Part shown: in pieces, positions 55,234-64,000 of the stretch
Numbering within the stretch: position 1 is the first letter of the stretch
Layout: the number at the start of each line of letters is the position of its first letter
Source: Octopus vulgaris
Taxonomy: Eukaryota
Direction of reading: 5' to 3'
Length of the DNA stretch: 64,000 nt
NCBI GenBank assembly: GCA_951406725.2
Contig: OX597827.1
Location: 9,796,001-9,860,000, forward strand
Made by a program: the position numbers and the translations under genes
Notes under the pieces: generated by a model
What the model was told of the DNA's origin: nothing
The model's input: only the letters and a program-made list of their open reading frames with translations
The model's database searches: none

Positions 55234-55236
<3 letters not shown>
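55010..55236 (+). mobile_element. Family C element
   Basis: Family signature plus (GAT)n. Confidence 0.85.
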
Positions 55237-55267
<31 letters not shown>

Positions 55268-55269
<2 letters not shown>

Positions 55270-55478
55270 CCTTGTGAGTACCACTGGCGATATTTTTCCT
55301 CTGTCTTCCCTTCTCGGGATCTTTCCTTCTCCTATGTTTCCGACGAAGAGCTCCGCTCGAAAAGTTAAACCCTCCTTCTTCCCTTCTTTCCTGAGCGTCC
55401 AATAATACTTTATTTGTTCCACGTCCTCACGTTGTTGTGTTTTTTTGTTTTTTTGTGTTTTCTTGTTTGGATTAACTT
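55268..55478 (+). mobile_element. TA-inserted Penelope-like short element with minimal hammerhead-like motif (55336-55370)
   Basis: gttt-CCGACGA-a-GAGC-tcc-GCTC-GAAA-AG-TT-aaac, with (TA)n on both sides. Confidence 0.65.
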
Positions 55479-55741
55479 TATATATATATATATATATTGC
55501 TAAGGCATTGTCATTACAACTGGATGCCCTTCCTGCTGCTAACCCTAACTGTTTTTATGCCACTTGTTTTTGATGATGATGATAACAATGACGATGACAA
55601 TGGTGGTAGTGGTGGTGTTGATGATAATGATGAAGGTACTGACTATGATGATGCTGGTGACTATGCATACACATATATGTATGTATGTATGCATGCATGT
55701 ATGTATGTATGTATGTATGTGTATGTATGTATACATATATA

Positions 55742-55973
55742 TATTTCTTTACTGCCCACAAGGGGCTAAACATAGAGGGGACAAACAAGGACAGATGAAG
55801 GGATTGAGTCGATTACATTGACCCCAGTGTGAAACTGGTACTTTATTTATCGACCCCGAAAGGATGAAAGGCAAAGTTGACCTCGGCGGAATTTGAACTC
55901 AGAACGTAACGACAGACGAAATACCGCTAAGCATTTCGCCCGGCGTGCTAACGTGTCTGCCAGCTCGCCGCCT
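55742..55973 (-). mobile_element. SINE family B
   Basis: Family match; tgtatgtatacatatata flanks both ends. Confidence 0.92.
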
Positions 55974-56684
55974 TGTATGTATACATATATAAACACACAC
56001 ACACACAGGTGCACACACACAGAGACATACACACAGGCACACACACATGAAAAATGACCGAGCAGTGTTACAACTTATTTGTGCTAAATGTGACACACAA
56101 TATCTTATTTGAAAATACATAGTTTTATTATGTCTATTTTTTTTTTTATTGCTTTAGTCAAAAGGAAAGTCCTGATGCTTCGCCGACCCATCCTACCCAT
56201 ATAAACAAGGAATTAATTAATATCCTCACACATAAAATTCATTAACCTTTTTCATAACGAACCCACCTGAGACCACTTTGGGTTCTTTGATAATAAATCA
56301 CTTACTTTCAAATGTTCATTTTTAAAGCGAAATTTTCCACAACAATTTAATATAAGATTATTTGTGGTTTGTTATTGAAAAAATTTACATATTTTTACTA
56401 AATTCCTGTAAAATATTTGTTAATCAAAAAGTTAATTGAAATACATAATCAGCAGTCTAATTTTTGCTAACGATGTACTCACAGAATGGTTAATATACAT
56501 TTTTTCCATAACTTACACCTAACAATTTTGTTATTTACAATGTAAGGTAGTAATTCTCAGATGAGTTGATATGAATTTTTTAAAAATACAATTTAAGGTT
56601 TTAGAAAATTTACATTATCATTAATGCTGACATGATTGTGTGGTTAAAAGGTTTATTTACCAACTATATGGTTTTAAGTTCAGT

Positions 56685-57100
56685 CTCAAAAGAAGACATG
56701 GGATGAAGTATTAAAGGATGATTTCAGGGCACTGGACCTTACGGAAGAGATGACAAAGTACTGAGGAATCTGGCACCTTGCTGTACTCAAGAAAACCCGT
56801 CCTCCATAGCAGAAGTGTTTAATGCCTTTTCCCCCTGACGAGGAGGATTGGTCTGCAAAGAACCTTGTGCATGTGAAAAGCATGTAAAAAGTACTCATGG
56901 CAGCACCATGTAAAAGCGCTCATGCAAGGGTCACGTTAAAAGCACCCAGCACACATTGTAAAGTGGTTGGCATTAGGAATGGCATCCAGCCATAGAAACC
57001 AAGCTAAATCAGATTGGAACACGGTGCAACTCTTTGGCTTGCCGGCTCTGGTCAAACCATGCAGCCTGTACCAATGTGGACATTAAAGGATAATGATGAT
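56685..57100 (+). mobile_element. RTE LINE 3' end: ORF terminus followed by family C-type 3' UTR
   Basis: KKTWDEVLKDDFRALDLTEEMTKY*GIWHLAVLKKTRPP*, then catgtaaaagc repeats, gtggttggcattaggaatggcatccagc and (GAT)n. Confidence 0.75.
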
Positions 57101-57516
57101 GATGACGATGACGACGACGACGATAATGATGATGATGATGATGGTGGTGATGATGATGCCGATCCAAAGCAGTGGATTATTTTTGAATTTTTCTTAAGGC
57201 CAAGACTCATAAAATAGGTTGTCTGGTTTCAGTGGCATACATGTGGCCGAAATCACAACATACCTCTTAAACGGGATAACAATCTGTTGCATGGTTCAAT
57301 TTTGTTGGAAGGAGACAATTCAGTTACATCAACCCCAGTATTTGTTCTTAGGTGGGATTTGAACTCAGAACATAAAAAGTCAAAACAAATGTTGCTAAGC
57401 ATTTTGTCCATTGCATTAACAATTCTGCCAATTTAACATTTCAAAGTAATGGATTGAAGGAACCATATGAATGTCAGACTGAGGGACAGTGACATAAATA
57501 CACACACATGAATATA

Positions 57517-57930
57517 TGATAGGCTTCTTTCAGTTTCCATCTACTAAATCTACTCACAAGGCTTTGGTTGGCCCAAGGCTATAGTAGAAGACACTTGCCC
57601 AGTGTGCCAAGGTACCATGCAGTGGAACTGAACCTAGAACCATGTGTTTGGGAAACATGCTTCTTATTTCTTTACTACCCACAAGGGGCTAAACACAGAG
57701 AGAACAAACAAGGACAGACCAAGGGATTAAGTCGATTACATTGACCTCAGTGTGTAACTGGTACTTAATTTATCGACTCTGAAAGGATGAAAGGCAAAGT
57801 TGACCTCGGCGGAATTTGAACTCAGAATGTAATGGCAGACGAAATACCGCTAGGCATTTTGCCCTGTGTGCTAACATTTCTGCCAGCTCGCCGCCTTAGA
57901 AACATGCTTCTTACCACACAGCCATGCCTG
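57517..57930 (-). mobile_element. SINE A 5' half interrupted by SINE B (57667-57897), 15-bp TSD
   Basis: TSD gaaacatgcttctta at 57652-57666 and 57899-57913. Confidence 0.9.
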
Positions 57931-58839
57931 TGAAATGATATTCTTTAAGTCTTAAGACCAAAATAGTCACAGAAAAATTAATTTGTAAAATTAAAATTTT
58001 ATTATTTTTCTGAATACAGATGTGCCCCAGAGACTCATCTACACTTGCAAACTACACCTGGCCCTGAAAGGATTGCTCATCCCTCATCTACCTGGTCATT
58101 CAGTCTACTAGAAACAGCAACTAAATCACCAAATGACTGTCTAGAGTTTTGATACAATGAATGGTATATTGGATAATGGTAGTCTTTGATGCCCAAAAAC
58201 AAAAAAAAAAAATCAACAAAAACGAAAGACGCACAAAAGCAAAAAGACGATGGTTACAGCAGGAATGCCTTTGATCAAAGGTCTACTCGCCAATGTTGAC
58301 CTAGAGCTAAACGACATCAACAATCACCACCACCACCACCACCACCACCACCAACACCTCAACAACAACAACAACAACAACAGCAAGACATATTTCATTA
58401 GAAGAATGTACACAAGCACATTATATGTGAATAAAGGATGGGAAGCATATGGCTGAAAATGTCTTTGATCATAGGTCTGCTTGATCAATGCTGACTTCGG
58501 GGCTAAACAACTAAAAAAATAAATAAATAAATAAATAAATGAAATAAAATAAAATAAAAAAAAAAACAAACAAGAAGACTGTAGCATTGTATAAAGCAAA
58601 GTGAAAGTGAAAGTTTGACATATTTGAACCGAGTTTAACTACTGTTAATTGTGATACCTTTTGATCAAGCACAATATCAAATTTGAAACAAGGTCAAAGT
58701 TCACTGAATCTGTAATACTATATGCGTGTTCAAATATTACAGGTACCTACTTTATCAATTTTTCTATAGCTATGTTGAAGACATATATGGATGATAATAA
58801 TAATAATAATAATAATGATAATAATAATAATAATAATAA

Positions 58840-59315
58840 GTGGCTCTCATGGCTTCTGATCTTAACTGATTGGAAGTGTTATCATGTACATTGTTTTGTC
58901 TTGGTATAAAAGATGGGCTACAGCAAATATTCTGCTCAATACCACAGATTTGCTTGTCAGTTGTTTGACCATAACCAGTTGAGCATGTTCCTTAGTGGCT
59001 GACGATATGTGCATCTCTGATCACGAGCAGAAGTAGTGGGGGAGCATCATGGGTGGTTTTTTCAACATCCTCAAACAACCCTTACTCAGGGACCTTTTGA
59101 GCGGGATGGGCTACTCAACCTGAAGAAAATTCTAACTGGGCCCCACCTGCAAGGTCATGTGCTGTTTATCTTGATATGAGATCACCATGTCGCGCACATA
59201 TGGTTGTGATGCATGTGCCTGGTGTACCCTTATCAGACGGGTAGTCATGATGGGTATATTGGGCTTCGTATATTTTACCCCAGTGTCACTTTGATGGCAT
59301 GAACTGCTCTCTCAC
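58840..59315. mobile_element. Unclassified ~475-bp element inserted in (AAT)n
   Basis: A higher-GC unique segment with sharp boundaries and (AAT)n on both sides. Confidence 0.6.
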
Positions 59316-59337
59316 ATAATAATAATAATAATAATAA

Positions 59338-59720
59338 TTCTTTCTACCAGAGGCACTGGGGAGGGGACTAGTCAATTACATCAATATCAATGTTTCACTG
59401 GTATTTAATTTATTGACCCCAAAAGGATTAAAGACAAAGTCAACATTGGTAGAATTTGAACTCAGAACATAGCGATGGGTGAAATACCTATTTCTTTACT
59501 ACCCACAAGGGGCTAAACACAGAGAGGACAAACAAGGACAGACAAACGGATTAAGTCGATTACATCGACCCCAGTGCATAACTGGTACTTTATTTATCGA
59601 CCCCGAAAGGATGAAAGGCAAAGTCGACCTCGGCGGAATTTGAACTCAGAACGTAACGGCAGACGAAGTACCGTTTAGCATTTTGCCCGGTGTGCTAACA
59701 TTTCTGCCAGCTCACCGCCT
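59338..59720 (-). mobile_element. SINE B nested in SINE B'
   Basis: Junction gaaatacc|tatttcttt at ~59488. Confidence 0.85.
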
Positions 59721-59725
59721 TAATA

Positions 59726-59814
<89 letters not shown>

Positions 59815-59817
<3 letters not shown>

Positions 59818-59981
59818 GGAAGTTTGGGTAAAATTTATCCCTGCAGTTATAGGTGCATTAGAAATCATCCCCATAGATTTGAACAGATGGATAGAAGATA
59901 TAGGCATAAAACCCAGTTTAGTATAACTCCAGAAAACTGTTATTAGGGACAGCTGGGATACTTAGGAGGGCTCTATGATAA
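59815..59981 (+). mobile_element. Second, degenerate R4/Dong-like endonuclease C-terminal fragment after (AAT)n
   Basis: WEVWVKFIPAVIGALEIIPIDLNRWIEDIGIKPSLV*LQKT-LLGTAGILRRAL** (one stop, one frameshift). Confidence 0.72.
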
Positions 59982-60379
59982 GGGCAAAGGATTTTGTAAC
60001 ATTTGCAACTCTGAACCCTTCCATATTCTCTTCTCTAAGAAATACCTTGTTAACACACTTATAGAGCGATCTTACAAATGTAAGCACTGGCAGAAACATA
60101 CCTTTAACTCATATAAGTGATTTATAACAGTCTGTATAGGGTGAACATTTAGTTCACCTTGCACTTCAATGGAGAAATCTACTTCCAAGCCTTTGAACAT
60201 TTTTTCAACCAATATATCCCTCTTTATTTGTTCTCTACTTATTATTTCTTTACCCCTTCTCTTCCTAGGGTCTGCCTTTGACGTCAGATCTACTAACACA
60301 AACACACAAACATATACATACAAACACAAACACACAAACATATACATACACACACACACATATATATATATATATACAC

Positions 60380-60543
60380 ACGATGGGCTTCTTTCAGTTT
60401 CCGTCTACCAAATCCACTCAGAAGGCTTTGGTCGGGCCGAGGCTATAATAGAAGACACTTGCCCAAGGTGCCATGCAGTGGGACTGAACCTAGAACCATG
60501 TGGCTGGTAAGCAAGCTGCTTACCACACAGCCACTCCTGTGCC
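60380..60543 (-). mobile_element. SINE family A 5' half
   Basis: Family match. Confidence 0.85.
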
Positions 60544-61699
60544 TTGTGGGAATATTCTAAGGAGCATATCATACCAAACAACCATACAAACAAATTGACC
60601 CATAATTTATTTCCTCTTTCTCAAATTATGCCAGTTTTGTAATTTCAAATCATGCCACCTCTGCCTCATATACCTAACTTCCTGGTAACTAGAAATCACA
60701 TTCAGATTGTCAGAGTGTAGGATGAAATCGAATTCAAATTACTCCCAGGGGTAATATGGAACTGACTTCATTTGACCTTCTATGATTTTAGATTATCTCC
60801 CCAAATCCTGCCTGAAATGTTCATTGCCTTGGTGGCAAATAAAATATTTCCTCTGTAAGTGTATACATTAGATACACATGTAAATCACAGAGAAAGTGTA
60901 TTGGGTGACTGCTTAGTTTATTCAAGCTGAAAAAAATCTCATTTAAAGTGTATGAATATATTTTTTGCATAATAAATGTGTATGAATATATTTTGTTATG
61001 TATATAAATATATTTTGTCTATATTTTTAAAATGTATGTGTATTTATATTTTGTTTTGAATAACATATATTTTGATCGCTGGCAAAAAGAAAGTACTGTG
61101 CTTGTAAACCCTCTTATCCAAATAAGTTTGTTATTAAAAAACAAAAAAAAAAAAAAATGTTTTTATGTAAAAATAGCAGACTCAGAATCTCTGATGTTCA
61201 AAGTGTTTCTTTTAAAGGCTTCATAAAAATGTTAGGGGATGTAGTGGAAGGAAACAAAAAAATAATCATATCATAAAACTTTCTGTTGGTTCTAACGCAT
61301 GTGATTGTATAACATTTCTTTTCTACTGATATTTTATATTTATACAACTTCGATTTAATAACCTATATAAATACGCAACTACAGATGTACAAAGATGAGA
61401 TATGATACTTTTGTTCATTTTTGTTCATCACATGAACTACGATGACGCAAACAGTGGAGGTTTCGGCAAAGGATTTAAGTATTGGAAGTGTAAGGCATAC
61501 AAAAAAAAGAGGCTTTCTCACTGTGGAAGACTGGCAGGGAATTAAAATTAATTATTTAGTTGAAAAGAATCGTGAAAACCACATTTTGTTAAAAATATAT
61601 ATTAAAATTGGAATTTAAAAAACTTTCTAGACTATAGAGACTTTATTAATTGTTTTCTTTTAGTAAAAGTAACATATTTTCAACTAATCAGCAATCAGC

Positions 61700-61962
<263 letters not shown>

Positions 61963-61964
<2 letters not shown>

Positions 61965-62510
61965 GACAGGCTTCTTTCAGTTTTTGTCAACCAAATCCAC
62001 TCACAAGGCTTTGGTCCAGCCAAGGCCATTGTAGAAGACACTTGTCCAGGGTGCCATGCACTGGAACTGAACCCAGAACCATGTGGTTGGAAAGCTAACT
62101 TCTTATTTCTTTATTGCCCACAAGGGGCTAAACATAGAGGGGACAAACAATGACAAACAAAGGGATTAAGTAGATTACATTGACTCCAGTGCGAAAGGAT
62201 GAAAGGCAAAGTCAACATCAGCAGAATTTGAACTCAGAACATAGCGATGGGCGAAATACCTATTTCTTTATTACCCACAAGGGGCTAAACGCAGAGTGGA
62301 CAAACAAGGACAGACACACAGATTAACTCGATTACATCAACCCCAGTGTGTAACTGGTACTTGATTTATCGACCCCGAAAGGATGAAAGGCAAAGTCGAC
62401 CTCGGCGGAATTTGAACTCAGAACGTAACAGCAGACGAAATACGGCTATGCATTTCGCCCGGCGTGCTAACGTTTCTGCCAGCCCGCCTTCTTACCACAC
62501 AGCCATGCTT
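61963..62510 (-). mobile_element. Triple nest: SINE A interrupted by SINE B, itself interrupted by SINE B
   Basis: The A body breaks at cttctta|, a B tail follows at 62104, a second B tail follows gaaatacc| at ~62260, and the A head resumes at cttcttaccacacagcc. Confidence 0.85.
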
Positions 62511-62834
62511 GTGTCTCTGCCACCAGAACTTTTATTCCTAAAATACACAGCACAAGCTCCAATTCCTTGATTCCTTTAACCGTTTTATTACTGTCCCTGT
62601 GGCTGCAGTAGTCGTGGTAGTGTGGTAGAAATAACTAAGGGAAGGATGGACTAAAATAAAAGAATGGTTGAACTAGTATTTAGTTCAGGGCAAATTATTG
62701 TTGTTGAAGTTGGTTTTGATGATATTGCAACTGTTGCTGTTGATGGTAGTCTTAGCTCACTCTTTAACAAACAAACCTTTTATCATAGCATTCCAGCCAT
62801 GACCATCTTGTCAATTGCATTTTTTAGGCATCTC

Positions 62835-63048
62835 TTTCTCTTTTACTCTTTTATTTGTTTCAGTCATTTGACTGCGGCCATGCTGGAGCACCGCCTTTTT
62901 AGTCGAGCAAATCGACCCCGGGACTTATTCTTTGTAAGCCCAGTACTTATTCTATCGGTCTCTTTTGCCGAACCGCTAAGTAACGGGGACGTAAACACAC
63001 CAGCATCGGTTGTCAAGCGATGTTGGGGAGACAAACACAGACACACAA

Positions 63049-63087
<39 letters not shown>

Positions 63088-63258
63088 CATATATACGACA
63101 GGCTTCTTTCAGTTTCCGTCTACCAAATCCACTCACAAGGCATTGGTCGGCCTGGGGCTATAGCAGAAGATACTTGCCCAAGATGCCACACAGTGGGACT
63201 GAACTCGGAACCATGTGGTTGGTTAGCAAGCTACTTACCACACAGCCACTCCTGCGCC
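62835..63258 (-). mobile_element. SINE family A
   Basis: Full family match. Confidence 0.92.
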
Positions 63259-63269
63259 TATCTATTTTT

Positions 63270-63535
63270 TTCTTTTTCATCTAGTTTCAGCTCACGAGCT
63301 GTGGCCATGCTGGGGCACTGCCATTTAGTGTTGCTACATAATTTTACTTCACGAATGCTTTTTAGCAATTGACATTTGGTGCATGAGAGAGTTTGACGCA
63401 GCTGCCCTCATCTGCACCTCCTGCTGTGAAGTTGGTTCATCTGGGACACCTGGCAGGAAGAGGTCCTGCTTTATTTTGAAGACACCTACATCCACCCCGT
63501 ACAGCTATGTATGTGTCTATTCACAGTTTTTCTTT
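63270..63535 (-). mobile_element. 3' end of a CR1/L2-group LINE sharing its tail with SINE family A
   Basis: LYGVDVGVFKIKQDLFLPGVPDEPTSQQEVQMRAAASNSLMHQMSIAKKHS* (stop 63349-63351), then ggcagtgccccagcatggccacagctcgtgagctgaaac. Confidence 0.75.
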
Positions 63536-63540
63536 AAGGT

Positions 63541-64000
63541 CATCATCATCATCATCATCATCGTGTAATGTCCGCTTTCCATGCTAGCGTGGGTTGGACG
63601 ATTTTGACTGAGGGCTGGCGAACCAGATGGCTGCACCAGGCTCCAATCTTGATCTGGCAGAGTTTCTACAGCTGGATGCCCTTCCTAACGCCAACCACTC
63701 CGAGAGTGTAGTGGGTGCTTTTTACGTGCCATCGGCATGAGGGCCAGTCAGGCGGTACTGGCAATGACCTCACTCGAATCTTTTTACACGTGCCACCGGC
63801 ACAGGTACCAGTGAAGCGACGTTGGTAACGATCACGCTCGAATGGTACCCTTTTACGTGACACGGTTACGGAAGCCAGTTGGCTGCTCTGGCAACGATCA
63901 CGCTCGGATGGTGCTCTTGGCACCCTACTAGCACAGGCACAAGTGCCAGTAAGGCGATGCTGCTAACGATCATACTCGTATATTAAGGCAACGCTGGTAA
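63541..64000 (-). mobile_element. Family C element with an extended array of internal units, running off the window
   Basis: (CAT)n tail, family signature, and repeated ggcaacgatcacgctcgRatggtgc units. Confidence 0.85.

Overview
AT-rich, microsatellite- and retroposon-saturated animal genomic DNA, most likely an octopus or other coleoid cephalopod. This is inferred from the protocadherin type and the SINE repertoire, not from a database match. The only host coding sequence I can support is one large minus-strand protocadherin exon (about 4496 to 2004) encoding a signal peptide, 6 cadherin repeats, a TM helix and the start of the cytoplasmic tail; it splices on to exons not identified here. 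The other ~60 kb holds at least two tRNA-derived SINE families in many copies and 3' fragments of RTE, CR1/L2-group and R4/Dong-like LINEs. It also holds a non-autonomous Helitron, TTAA (piggyBac-type) MITEs, fold-back palindromes and long simple repeats. The main structural findings are: (1) a complete type I hammerhead ribozyme plus two or three variant motifs, all in short Penelope-like elements sitting in (TA)n tracts; (2) a 122-bp-arm inverted repeat about 35 nt inside the protocadherin intron; (3) in-window SINE/LINE partner evidence with compensatory stem changes; (4) recurrent same-site SINE-into-SINE insertions. Almost all other ORFs in the track are microsatellite or SINE artefacts.
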